NCBI GenBank assembly: GCA_947448865.1
Contig: CANFOW010000003.1
Coordinates: 1,994 to 65,993 of the forward strand
Source of the DNA: Actinomycetota bacterium
Lineage (GTDB): Bacteria; Actinomycetota; Actinomycetes; S36-B12; UBA5976
Length of the DNA stretch: 64,000 nucleotides
Direction: 5' to 3'
A model generated the notes under the pieces. That model saw only the letters and a program-made list of their open reading frames with translations, was not told the origin of the DNA and ran no database searches. Within the stretch, counting starts at the first letter, position 1; each line of letters begins with the position of its first letter. A program made the position numbers and the translations under genes. Positions 10,029-19,786 of this stretch are shown piece after piece.

Positions 10029-11834
10029 CTACAGCCAGGCAGGATCAGTGTCTCGATACACAGTTGGATTCTCGGCAAGTATGGAAAGCCAGTTTTCACA
10101 TTGCGCTAATTCATAAGTGAAGAAGTACTTGCAGGCGGCACGTTTGCCGTCATAAAAATCCCCAGTCTTACCCATGCAGACGCTTACCTGTTCAAGCCAC
10201 ATCCAACCAATCACTATGTGCCCAAGTGCATCTGCATACAAAGACGCGTTTGCAATCCGGTCGGATGCTCGGGCTTGAGAGTGGATGACTGCGGTCACTG
10301 TGACCAATTGGTCTACAAGTGCCTCGAGCTGATCCGAGTACCTCGACAAAGTGTCATCGTGGTGAGCTCGTGCCAACGAGATGGCTGTCTGCAATTCTTT
10401 AACTAATGCAGTAAGTGCGGCGCCATTGTTCATTGACGTCTTGCGTGCAATCAGGTCAATTGCTTGAATGCCATCAGTACCTTCATGAATGGGATTCAAA
10501 CGATTGTCTCGCCACATCTGCTCTACGGTGTAGTCACGTGTGTACCCATACCCACCGTGAATTTGTATCGCGAAGTCATTGGCGACCAAACTCCATTTTG
10601 ATGACCAGCCTTTGACTACCGGAGTTAACAAATCAAGTAACAGCAGAAAGCGTTCACGTTCATCTTTTGTTGGCGCAATGTCGTGCAGGTCCTGTTGTTT
10701 TGCAAGATACAACACCAATGCCAGCGCACCTTCGACATAACTCTTGGAGACAAGCAGCATTCGACGCACATCGGGATGTTCAACAAGAGCTACCTGAGAT
10801 GATGCTGGGTCCTTGTTGTCAACATTTCGTCCTTGAACGCGGGTGCGGGCATAGTCCACGGCAGTGAGATAACTCGAATATCCAACTGCGGCTGCGCTTG
10901 CACCTACAACTATGCGGGCTTCATTCATCATGTGAAACATGTATTCGAGTCCGCGATTTTCTTCACCAACTAAGTACCCAATCGCGCCAGGTCCTTGCGC
11001 AAATGAAGAATCGTTTCCAAAACTCAGCACCGTATTAACGGTTCCGCGATACCCCATCTTGTGATTGATGCCTGCAAGAACAACATCATTTCGCTGCCCC
11101 AGAGTGCCGTCGTCGTTTACCAAAAACTTGGGGACGATAAATAATGAAAGACCCCGAACGCCCTTGGCAGCACCCTCGCAGCGAGCTAACACAAGGTGAA
11201 TAATATTTTCACTGAGTTCGTGATCTCCGCCAGAAATCCACATTTTGTTGCCAACAATTCGATATGTGCCATCGGCCATTGGTAGTGCTCGAGTGGCGAC
11301 ATCACCTAACGAAGAGCCAGCCTCGGGCTCGGACAAGCACATCGTTCCAAAGAATCGGCCTTCAATCATGGGCTTCACATAGTGGTTGATGTCATGCACA
11401 GAACCATGAGCCAGAAGAAGATTCGCATTCGCTGCACTCAACATGGGGTAAGCAGCCGTGGCAATGTTTGCTGCTTGGAAAAAGGCAAAGCAAGCGCGAT
11501 ACACCGAGTGTGGTAGCTGGCCGCCGTCGACATCCAACGGCATAGCCGCAGCAAGCAGACCTGCGTCATAAAACTCTCGGAGCGCATTCCCGACTTCAGG
11601 AATCATCGACACTCGCTCGCCATCGAAAGTCGGTTCATTCAGGTCACTAAGACGATTGTGCGTTGCAAAGGTCTTCGTCGCAAGATCGCAACTCAAATCC
11701 AACACTGCGTCGAAATCCTGGGTTGTCAGGTGGGAAAAACGCGGTGCTTGCGTTAATTCATCGACATGAAGCCATTCGTACAACATGAAGTTGATGTCGC
11801 GAGGCGACACTAGCTTCGATGCACTGATTTTCAT
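10029..11834 (-). CDS. large acyl-CoA dehydrogenase (about 600 aa type with C-terminal extension)
   Basis: ACAD motifs (CLSEPEAGSSLGD, IHGGYGYTRDY). I place the start at the ATG at 11834 (MKISASKLVSPRDINFMLYEWL), which is typical of this family. The longer ORF to 12062 would overlap the divergent gene. Confidence 0.75.
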   Translation of the reverse strand: MKISASKLVSPRDINFMLYEWLHVDELTQAPRFSHLTTQDFDAVLDLSCDLATKTFATHNRLSDLNEPTFDGERVSMIPEVGNALREFYDAGLLAAAMPLDVDGGQLPHSVYRACFAFFQAANIATAAYPMLSAANANLLLAHGSVHDINHYVKPMIEGRFFGTMCLSEPEAGSSLGDVATRALPMADGTYRIVGNKMWISGGDHELSENIIHLVLARCEGAAKGVRGLSLFIVPKFLVNDDGTLGQRNDVVLAGINHKMGYRGTVNTVLSFGNDSSFAQGPGAIGYLVGEENRGLEYMFHMMNEARIVVGASAAAVGYSSYLTAVDYARTRVQGRNVDNKDPASSQVALVEHPDVRRMLLVSKSYVEGALALVLYLAKQQDLHDIAPTKDERERFLLLLDLLTPVVKGWSSKWSLVANDFAIQIHGGYGYTRDYTVEQMWRDNRLNPIHEGTDGIQAIDLIARKTSMNNGAALTALVKELQTAISLARAHHDDTLSRYSDQLEALVDQLVTVTAVIHSQARASDRIANASLYADALGHIVIGWMWLEQVSVCMGKTGDFYDGKRAACKYFFTYELAQCENWLSILAENPTVYRDTDPAWL

Positions 11835-11976
11835 GGGTACGTGGTTTCTGTTCAATATGGTTGTGGTCTTCTGATTGTCTCGTATTGCCAAGCGAAAAGC
11901 CTCAAAAATCGGCATGTTCCCGATGCCAAGTTTCGCAATTCCAGTTAGGGTCAGATAATCACAGATTGGATTTGTC

Positions 11977-13290
11977 GTGACACACACAGTCCTGGTAATA
12001 GGCGCCACCGACGTGGGTCGTCGCACGTGTGCGGCTTTGCAAGATCGTGGGACGTCTGTCATTCACTTGGCTAGTCCGACCGACACGGAATTGCGCGAAC
12101 TTCTGCTCTCAGATGTGTCAGGCGTGGCCATCATGTTGCACAACGACATTGAAGCGTTGCGATATGCACTAACTATTGAGCACATTCGCCCTGGGATTCG
12201 TTTATTCGTGGCTATCTTCGACCGAAGCGTGCGTCATGAAATGGAACGCACAATCCCGAACTGTTCTATTGCCTCACCGGCATACATCGCAATTCCATCG
12301 ATTGTTGCAGCAGCGTTGCTTCCCAATGTGAGCGCCTTGAAACGAACAGGATCAACTTCAGACATCACGTGGGAGCAAGTAACGCTGAAAGATGATTCGA
12401 TTCAGCACAATGCTTTTTCGATTCCTTCTAAGTGGCGCAGACAAAGGTGGTCTGCAATTTTGCGCGGCCAACTTCGGTCTTATGACTCAGCATCACGTGC
12501 TTTGCTCAGTGGACTCATGGCGCTTGTGGGAATGCTTTTAGTTGACATCGTCATTCTGCAACAACACCAGTCGTTTGCGGGCGCGTTCTATGCTGCGTCG
12601 GCTGTCGTCGCTGGAGTAGCAGCCCCTGATGTTCCACTGAACAATTGGCAGTTTCTGCAATCGGGTAGTTTCATGCTGCTTACTGTCATATTTGTGACCA
12701 CATTTGGAGCCGGTGTCGTTAACCACGTTCTGACAGGTCGACGCGTAGGTATCGTGGGCCGACGCACAATACCTCGCAAAAACCACATCATTGTTGTTGG
12801 ATTGGGACAAGTCGGAATCCGGCTATGTAAAGAACTCGCGCTGCTCAAGATTCCCGTTGTCGCAATTGAACAAGTTGATACTTCACGTGGAGTTCTCTTT
12901 GCTCGCGACTTAAACATCCCGGTGATTATTGGAAACGCATCCGATGTGCGTACGTTGCGCCGAGCACGAGTGAAACAATCCCGTGCACTACTGGCTATGG
13001 GTTCAAGCGAAGAAGATAACATTTCTGTCGCCGTTGCCACACGAATGCTAGAACCCAACACTCCAATTATTTTGCGGGCAGGAACTAATGACGCAATTGA
13101 AGAAACGCGCTCGCTCTTTGCCATTGGAGTCGTCTCGGATGTCAACGGGCTGACCGCCGCATTTGTGTGTGAGTCCCTTATTGGACAACCGCCTCACATT
13201 GTGATTTCCGAAGACAGCGCGGTGGATCTCATTGCTCATGATTACTCGGTTAACCGAGTTCCCATGCCTGGCCGTTGCAGTTGTTTGTAG
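11977..13290 (+). CDS. RCK/TrkA-N domain membrane protein, K+-channel-like with degenerate pore
   Basis: 437 aa with two Rossmann-type RCK-N segments (VLVIGATDVGRR and HIIVVGLGQVGIRL). These flank 3 hydrophobic helices and a pore-loop-like stretch, FYAASAVVAGVAAPD. Confidence 0.5.
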   Translation: MTHTVLVIGATDVGRRTCAALQDRGTSVIHLASPTDTELRELLLSDVSGVAIMLHNDIEALRYALTIEHIRPGIRLFVAIFDRSVRHEMERTIPNCSIASPAYIAIPSIVAAALLPNVSALKRTGSTSDITWEQVTLKDDSIQHNAFSIPSKWRRQRWSAILRGQLRSYDSASRALLSGLMALVGMLLVDIVILQQHQSFAGAFYAASAVVAGVAAPDVPLNNWQFLQSGSFMLLTVIFVTTFGAGVVNHVLTGRRVGIVGRRTIPRKNHIIVVGLGQVGIRLCKELALLKIPVVAIEQVDTSRGVLFARDLNIPVIIGNASDVRTLRRARVKQSRALLAMGSSEEDNISVAVATRMLEPNTPIILRAGTNDAIEETRSLFAIGVVSDVNGLTAAFVCESLIGQPPHIVISEDSAVDLIAHDYSVNRVPMPGRCSCL

Positions 13291-13362
13291 CTTCAGTTCT
13301 GGCCGAAGTAAATCCTCGTCACTAACGCCCACAATGCTCGAGCGTTACGCGACAATAGACCC

Positions 13363-13935
13363 ATGAGTCAGCGCACTTCCCGATCCAAGAACTCACGTCG
13401 ACTCATGACACTTGTACTACTTTTCCCCATAGTTGCTACGCTCACCGGCTGTACCTCACTTGCCGATGTTCCGAGCACGCAAGGAGCGGTGCTGCCGTGC
13501 ACCTCGCTACCGACTTCACATGAGCCTGTTGACTCGCCCCTGCTCCTTGAGTGTTTAGGAGGTGGGCCTCAGGTGGACTTGCGCTCCATTCACGGTCCTG
13601 CAGTGGTTAATGTCTGGGGCTCGTGGTGTGCCGAGTGTGTTGCAGAAATCCCCATTTTCACAAGCTTCTTCCAAACCAAAGATCCAGCAGTCACGCTGTT
13701 CGGTATAGACACCGCCGAAGTTAGCCAACGTGATGGAGTCAACTTCGTCTTGACTCACGGCATTACCTGGCCGCAGTTATCAGACCCCAACTCGTTGAGT
13801 AAATCGGTAGCCGGCAATGGCGTTCCAGTAACACTTTTTATTTCAAGCGACGGGAACGTCAGCGGCATTAAATATGGTCCGATTAAAACCATTTCAGAAT
13901 TAGTTGAGCTTTCGCACATATACCTCAACAAGTAA
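13363..13935 (+). CDS. TlpA/ResA-family thiol-disulfide oxidoreductase lipoprotein
   Basis: 190 aa with lipobox LTGC and thioredoxin-fold CxxC motif (VWGSWCAECVAEIP). Confidence 0.7.
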   Translation: MSQRTSRSKNSRRLMTLVLLFPIVATLTGCTSLADVPSTQGAVLPCTSLPTSHEPVDSPLLLECLGGGPQVDLRSIHGPAVVNVWGSWCAECVAEIPIFTSFFQTKDPAVTLFGIDTAEVSQRDGVNFVLTHGITWPQLSDPNSLSKSVAGNGVPVTLFISSDGNVSGIKYGPIKTISELVELSHIYLNK

Positions 13936-13939
13936 CTAA

Positions 13940-15805
13940 CTACGAAGTCAATCGTCCTTCTTGCTGACGCTTGCGATACAACAACATCCCTAACATAAAG
14001 AGAAATATGCTTTCGCCAATAATCAGACCAATTACTCCGCCAGTTCGTTGGTCAGACATAAGGTCCTGTCGGTAAGGACGATGGAGCCGTTCGTAGGTCT
14101 GAGAACCAATCAAGTGACCGGAAAACATCACAGCGAGACTGAATGTAATGTGTATCGGTTCCGTGACAAGAAGAGTGCGCACCTGTGTCATCGAAACAGT
14201 TTGTCTAGGCTGCGAGTTACCCAGAACGCACGAAACAAAAAGAAAGCCAGAAGTCAACAAATATCCCTGCATTACGAGATGGCCCCAGTGTGTAGACATC
14301 AGGTAACCAAAAAGTGGCGTGAAATATATTCCCCAGAAACCTAATGCAGTCAATGAAACAACTGTCACTGGTTTAGTCGCATACTTCCATACGCCGTTCA
14401 ACTCTGAAGCAATTAACCAATCGGCTAATCCTTCCGTGTTGTTATCAGGTTTTGTTTGAATGATTAATTCGTATGGACGAGCCAAATAAATCAGTAAAGG
14501 GACAGCAAGTGCCATAATCATGTGCTGCACCATGTGTGCACTAAAAAGTACGTGAGAATATACGCCGATACCGCCACTTGTCCCCCACGTCAGGAGTATA
14601 AGCGCAGTCACTAGATACCACGTTCGTGGACGTGGCCACATTGCTACGCGCCTTACGAGTTTCAGATACATACCTAGTACCACAATGGAGAACGCGAGCC
14701 ACAGCACGTCCGGCTGAAATGATCCGAACACGACAAGCCACGTACTTGGTGCAGGTGGGATCGTAATTCCTAAAGCAAGTTCGCTTGGCGAAGGCACTGT
14801 GGTTGTATGTGGGACTGGGAATGCCGTTCGCGCCAAAACCACTGCCGCAGCAATCGCCGCCGCCATGACAGCAACCTCGCCCGAAGCAAATCGCAACAAC
14901 GATCTCGGTTCTCCACGAGCAAGTCGTTTCAGTGTCACCGTGCGATGCGCCAGACCTATTGCTCCCAGTGTCACCAGGAGCGCTAACTTAATGAAAATGA
15001 TGCGGCCATAGATACTGTCGAATAAGTGTGCAAAAGAACCTAGACGAATCCAGGAATTAGCCAACCCACTCAGGCCAACGCCGACAAAGCACCACAATGC
15101 CAGCGAACTGTATCGAGAGATAACAATGCTCAAGTTCGGGCCAATCCAGTGCGCGAACACGGTGATGACCAGGAGTCCCCCACACCACAACAACAACGAC
15201 ACTAAGTGGACGGCCAACGACGATGACGCTAACTGGTGTCCATTAGAAAGCCCCGCGTGTCCAGTTAACGCCGGCGCACTAGCGGTGAGCACCGACAGCA
15301 CGCATAACCGTCGCAGAGTGCTAGGAGACTTCGCTATAGCTACAAACGCCAACATGAGCATGATGAACATCAACTCGACTAACAGAATGCGGCTTGACGA
15401 CAGGTCAGTAAAGAACTCCTTTAACAGCAACGGATCTAAGGTTCGGCCAAGAGGAACTGCAAAAATTTCAGACACCGAGGCTAAACCTTGAAGTATGAGC
15501 GCGACACACCACATTCCCAGGCCAGCTAGCGACCAATAAATAAACGGACCTATGTCATTCAGCGACGCATTGCGGCCATACGGAATCAAGAAACCACCGA
15601 CCAGGAATCCACCTACTACTGCAACCGATGCCAGATCACAGAAAAGTCTGGCAATGGGCAAAATCCATAATGTTGACGTTGGAACTGGCGTAATTCCAGG
15701 TAGCACCTTGTGTGTTGTTTCACCTGCAGAGATGAGCAGAAAACTCAGCACCCCAACTGCGACAAGCAGCCATAGAGCACCTTTTGGTTTTACCAAATAT
15801 TTCAA
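13940..15805 (-). CDS. CopD-domain / cytochrome c oxidase assembly (caa3 CtaG-type) fusion membrane protein
   Basis: 621 aa and polytopic. It is the last gene of the oxidase operon. Size and architecture match actinobacterial bifunctional CopD/CtaG proteins. It uses a TTG start 7 nt after the CoxIII stop. Confidence 0.55.
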   Translation of the reverse strand: MKYLVKPKGALWLLVAVGVLSFLLISAGETTHKVLPGITPVPTSTLWILPIARLFCDLASVAVVGGFLVGGFLIPYGRNASLNDIGPFIYWSLAGLGMWCVALILQGLASVSEIFAVPLGRTLDPLLLKEFFTDLSSSRILLVELMFIMLMLAFVAIAKSPSTLRRLCVLSVLTASAPALTGHAGLSNGHQLASSSLAVHLVSLLLWCGGLLVITVFAHWIGPNLSIVISRYSSLALWCFVGVGLSGLANSWIRLGSFAHLFDSIYGRIIFIKLALLVTLGAIGLAHRTVTLKRLARGEPRSLLRFASGEVAVMAAAIAAAVVLARTAFPVPHTTTVPSPSELALGITIPPAPSTWLVVFGSFQPDVLWLAFSIVVLGMYLKLVRRVAMWPRPRTWYLVTALILLTWGTSGGIGVYSHVLFSAHMVQHMIMALAVPLLIYLARPYELIIQTKPDNNTEGLADWLIASELNGVWKYATKPVTVVSLTALGFWGIYFTPLFGYLMSTHWGHLVMQGYLLTSGFLFVSCVLGNSQPRQTVSMTQVRTLLVTEPIHITFSLAVMFSGHLIGSQTYERLHRPYRQDLMSDQRTGGVIGLIIGESIFLFMLGMLLYRKRQQEGRLTS

Positions 15806-15814
15806 CGGTCAAAT

Positions 15815-16414
15815 TTAGGCATGAGTTGCCATGGTCGTTAAGGACGTAATCACTGAAGCAATCGCAACCCAAATCCACCAATACGTCACAATCAGTACAT
15901 GGAAATGATCATCTGAGGAATAGCGATGTTGACGAATGCGGTTGACCATACCAAGGCCAAGGAAACACGTTAACGCCAAGTGGAAAACGTTTGCGCCAGC
16001 CAAAGCAATCATTGTTGAGGCATACGTTCCGTTGCTCATGTGGAATGGAAAATGTTGCAATGCGCGTAACTGAAGAACCAAATCCAAAACGATAGTCACA
16101 AACGCTAACGTAAAAAATCCTAGAAGTTGACTTTGCGAATTTTTACGAATTGCCCGCAAACCTAAGTACGCCAATGCTGAGGACACAATCGCTACGCCAG
16201 TTACCGTCCAGCCTTCGGACTGCGACGCTGTTGTCACATCGTCTGGAATCCAGTGGTTGTTTGTATTTTGCGTACGAAGATAAAACCAGGTAAATACCAA
16301 GCTGAGCACAAATGCTAAGTCCGCAAAAATAAGAAGCATGACACCCATTCGGTCACGGCGACCAACAGTGTCAGGACTTTCGTGATGGGGCGTCGAAGTA
16401 TGTGTCGTTGTCAT
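15815..16414 (-). CDS. ctaE: haem-copper oxidase subunit III
   Basis: 199 aa, five-helix short subunit III type. It sits directly downstream of subunit I with a 2-nt gap. Confidence 0.65.
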   Translation of the reverse strand: MTTTHTSTPHHESPDTVGRRDRMGVMLLIFADLAFVLSLVFTWFYLRTQNTNNHWIPDDVTTASQSEGWTVTGVAIVSSALAYLGLRAIRKNSQSQLLGFFTLAFVTIVLDLVLQLRALQHFPFHMSNGTYASTMIALAGANVFHLALTCFLGLGMVNRIRQHRYSSDDHFHVLIVTYWWIWVAIASVITSLTTMATHA

Positions 16415-16416
16415 GG

Positions 16417-18339
16417 TTACACCCGTTCTGTCTCTAAGTCATCACTCGGCCGACGATCTTCTTCATACTCGAGGTCGTATGCATCAGGACCACCAAACCC
16501 GTAAGGGTCGCTGGTGACAACAGGTGGCACCTCAAAGTTTTCCAAAGGAACCGGTGTTGGAACCATCCATTCCAGCGTCTTTGCTCCCCACGGATTATCA
16601 GATGCCACTTCACCACGTCGCCATGATGTGATCACCGTGTACAACAACATCAGAGCGCCGAAGCCGATTGTGTACGCTCCCATTGTTGAAATGAAGTTTC
16701 CATTTTCGAACAACTTGTCGTAATGGGCTACGCGTCGTTGCTGACCTTGAAGACCAACTAAGAACATTCCCATGAATGTCACATTGAAGCCGACCTGCAT
16801 AATCACAAAAGCGGGAATGCCAATTTTTTCGTTGAGCATGCGGCCAGTCATTTTCGGGAACCAGTACGCAGTGGCACCAATCATTCCAGTGAGTGCCCCA
16901 CCCATCAGGGTGTAATGGAAGTGAGCTGTGATGTACATCGAACCGTGCAACGCATAGTCAACTGGAACGTCTGACATGTAGATACCGGTCAACCCACCAA
17001 TTAAGAAGTTGAAGAGCATGGCATACACAGCAAGCATGGGTAGTCGTCCCCATACTCGACCACGCCAAATGGTTCCGATAAACACTAAGAACAACATGCC
17101 TGTCGGTATCGAAATCAGTTCAGTGGTCAACATGAACGGGCCGTTAAGGTCCGGTGCCCAGCCTGAGGCGTACATGTGGTGAGCCCACACGAGCATGCTC
17201 AATCCCGTGATACCGGCGATACCGCCGACTGCACTGTTGAAACTAAACAGTGGCGAACGAGAAAATACTGGCGTGAGTTCCAGCAGTGCTGCAAGCGCTG
17301 GCAACAAAATCACGTAGACCTCAGGATGTCCCATCAGCCAGAACAAGTTTGCGTATAGCCATCCAGATCCACCATTAGCAGCGTCGTAGAAGGCAGCTCC
17401 CTGCGTTCTATCCAGACCGCTAAATATTTGCGACGCCATAAACATTGGGAATGCCGGAATTGCTACACCCACGCTGGCCACGGTTCCAAATACGAAAATT
17501 GGTGTGCGGTTCCATGTCATTCCGCGAGCGCGCATGGTGACAGCAGTCGTTGTGATATTTGCGCCTGCTACCGCACTCGATACCGCAAAGATAATGATCG
17601 TGACAATGTATGCGTCCATGCCAGCAGGTGCCTGAGTTGATAGCGGTGCGTATGCAGTCCAGCCAGTCGAGATTCCTCCCAAGAATGGTGCACTGAGCAA
17701 CACAGGTACAGCTGCAAAAATCAGCCAGAAACTCAGTGCGTTAAGTCGAGGAAACGCCATGTCGCGAGCACCAATCATGATTGGCAAAACGAAATTACCA
17801 AATGGGCCACTGACCATGATGATGGTCGCAATGATCATGATGATGCCATGCATGCCGACCAATGTGTTGTACCAAGTGTTATTCAAAAACGTTGAATCAG
17901 CCCTCATGAGCTGCGTGCGAATCATCATGGCCATCGTGCCGCCGACGGCGAAAAGAACCATCGTAATAACGAGGTACTGAATTCCTACGACTTTGTGGTC
18001 CGTTGTGAATCGGAAATACCGAGCCATGCCTGCATCTTTACCCGCGAGCCACATTTGGTCGTCATGATCTAAGTCGCGATTCATCATCCAGCGATACGGT
18101 CCAACGAACGCCCCTACGCCAGCCATAAATCCGATGGTCCAACCGAACATTGTGGTGATTACAACTCGGTCCATTAATACAGTGCCGGTTTCATCCGCAC
18201 CCATGGGGATGTAGCGCTTAGCTAGGTAGTGCGCGGCCACAGCCACGACAACACCAAAGACGATGCCAGTCCAGACATTCAGTTTGCGCATTAAACCTTT
18301 GCGCTTTTTCGCAGTGGTTACTTCAGCTGTATGAGACAT
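16417..18339 (-). CDS. ctaD: cytochrome c oxidase subunit I, N-terminally extended
   Basis: 640 aa with TTDHKVVGIQY, GHPEVYVILLP and HHMY motifs. About 100 extra N-terminal residues with two hydrophobic helices precede the conserved core. Confidence 0.9.
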   Translation of the reverse strand: MSHTAEVTTAKKRKGLMRKLNVWTGIVFGVVVAVAAHYLAKRYIPMGADETGTVLMDRVVITTMFGWTIGFMAGVGAFVGPYRWMMNRDLDHDDQMWLAGKDAGMARYFRFTTDHKVVGIQYLVITMVLFAVGGTMAMMIRTQLMRADSTFLNNTWYNTLVGMHGIIMIIATIIMVSGPFGNFVLPIMIGARDMAFPRLNALSFWLIFAAVPVLLSAPFLGGISTGWTAYAPLSTQAPAGMDAYIVTIIIFAVSSAVAGANITTTAVTMRARGMTWNRTPIFVFGTVASVGVAIPAFPMFMASQIFSGLDRTQGAAFYDAANGGSGWLYANLFWLMGHPEVYVILLPALAALLELTPVFSRSPLFSFNSAVGGIAGITGLSMLVWAHHMYASGWAPDLNGPFMLTTELISIPTGMLFLVFIGTIWRGRVWGRLPMLAVYAMLFNFLIGGLTGIYMSDVPVDYALHGSMYITAHFHYTLMGGALTGMIGATAYWFPKMTGRMLNEKIGIPAFVIMQVGFNVTFMGMFLVGLQGQQRRVAHYDKLFENGNFISTMGAYTIGFGALMLLYTVITSWRRGEVASDNPWGAKTLEWMVPTPVPLENFEVPPVVTSDPYGFGGPDAYDLEYEEDRRPSDDLETERV

Positions 18340-19106
18340 TACTGATGACCTCCGTTCTTAAGAATCCAGGCCAAGTAATCACCTTGGGATACAACGTGCA
18401 CCTTGGTAAACATTGCCGAATGGTTTAAGCCACACAGCTCAGCACACCGAATATCAAAATCGCCAATCAATGTCGGTGTAACGCGCATGTCTGTGACCGC
18501 GCCCGCATTGGCGTCCACTTTGACACCCATCTGAACAATCCAGAATGAGTGGTTAACGTCTACAGAAGTCACATGAAACAAGACCGGCTCATTGACGGGT
18601 AGATAAAGCTCTTGGGATCGAACATTTCCATTTTCTATGTAGTCAAAGTTCCAGACCCATTGATTACCTGTGACGTTAATAATGCGCGCCCGCTCATCGC
18701 CACGCGCAGTCTGGCCATCAGCCATTTCAGCTAAGCCCCAGATAAGCAACACAACACAAAGCAAGCTCGAGACCAAGATCCATGCGACTGTCGTTGGTCC
18801 GTTGCCACGGCTGTTTGTACCTTCATATTGAGGAGCGACAAAACCTTTACTGCGCCATGCAAGCAGACTGTAGGTAACGACTGCGAAAATTAACCCAGCA
18901 ACCGGTGCAGCCATGTAGGTGAACAAGGTCATGGTTTCCTGAACAACTTCCATTTGTGTGGAAGCGGCTGGTCCCATCAGCTTGGACTGCAACGGTGCAA
19001 ATAGCCCAACCATGATTGTGAAGAAAATCCAGAGGAGAAAGACATGGCGAACATATGTTCGCTTCGTGAAATGGCGAATGCGCGTCGATACTGAAACTGG
19101 ACTCAT
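18339..19106 (-). CDS. ctaC: cytochrome c oxidase subunit II (CuA)
   Basis: 255 aa with CuA ligand pattern DVNHSFW ... CAELCGLNHSAM. There is no c-type haem motif. It has a TAATG overlap with ctaD. Confidence 0.85.
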   Translation of the reverse strand: MSPVSVSTRIRHFTKRTYVRHVFLLWIFFTIMVGLFAPLQSKLMGPAASTQMEVVQETMTLFTYMAAPVAGLIFAVVTYSLLAWRSKGFVAPQYEGTNSRGNGPTTVAWILVSSLLCVVLLIWGLAEMADGQTARGDERARIINVTGNQWVWNFDYIENGNVRSQELYLPVNEPVLFHVTSVDVNHSFWIVQMGVKVDANAGAVTDMRVTPTLIGDFDIRCAELCGLNHSAMFTKVHVVSQGDYLAWILKNGGHQ

Positions 19107-19786
19107 ACCACTGTCAACGTTCCTGCCATGTAACGCATAGCTGACATTGCGTTACCAAATTTGGCGTATGTGCCGTCACCGCATGGGTATTCACAGTTCC
19201 AGAAAAATTCCCCTGGCTCGCCAACAACAAATGAAAACGTCACAACATTTGGTTTCGTTGTGTATCCGCTTTCTGGCATGTCCTCTTCAGCCACTGCCTG
19301 CAATGGAACGCTCACGAAAAGATCTGATGTCGTATTTGCAGGTGCAGGACGGAGAGTAAAAGTATGCCCCACGTGTTCCGGTGAAATCGAGGTAAACGGC
19401 TGACCATTCATAATGGCCTGGCCTTCAACGCCTCGCACGCTTGCAAAAAAATCGTTATTCAGGACTTCGCCACCGTCGTAATTGGTGATTTCAATTGTCA
19501 CCAATGAATGAGCTGGCACTTGCAGTGTGGTGCTTGGACCGTAACTCACCCAATCAGAGTGCGGGGAGTGATCAGAGTTGAAGTTTTCTGGTACTTCGCC
19601 GTCCGGGTAGGTGTTCAGTTTTAAGAATGCATGTGGCAAAACGCCTTGCGAAGTTGTTGCCACTCCATTCACCTGTGCGGCCAGAACAGGAGCTGCCGCA
19701 GAATTGGCTAGCAAATACGTTGCGATGAGGCCAATAAAGAGCGCCGCACACCCAACGAAGCTGAGAATCCCGAGAATTCGCTTCAT
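19103..19786 (-). CDS. membrane-anchored cupredoxin-like protein (CuA-like CxxxCG motif, no following His)
   Basis: 227 aa with an N-terminal TM helix. Beta-rich domain motifs are VPAHSLVTIEITNYDGGE and GEFFWNCEYPCGDGTYAKFGNAMSAMRYMAGTLTVV. It has an ATGA overlap with ctaC. Confidence 0.4.
   Translation of the reverse strand: MKRILGILSFVGCAALFIGLIATYLLANSAAAPVLAAQVNGVATTSQGVLPHAFLKLNTYPDGEVPENFNSDHSPHSDWVSYGPSTTLQVPAHSLVTIEITNYDGGEVLNNDFFASVRGVEGQAIMNGQPFTSISPEHVGHTFTLRPAPANTTSDLFVSVPLQAVAEEDMPESGYTTKPNVVTFSFVVGEPGEFFWNCEYPCGDGTYAKFGNAMSAMRYMAGTLTVV

Noticed and set aside
11835-12062. 76-codon N-terminal extension of the acyl-CoA dehydrogenase ORF
   Set aside because: The extension is Arg/Cys/Thr-rich and not ACAD-like, and it would overlap the divergent RCK gene start at 11977. 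The family-typical N-terminus begins at the ATG at 11834.
12588-13145. 185-aa antisense ORF inside the RCK-domain gene, plus similar antisense ORFs such as 7209-7661 and 49344-49844
   Set aside because: They have low-complexity Ser/Arg/Thr/Pro composition and lie opposite strongly motif-supported genes. This is typical of shadow ORFs.
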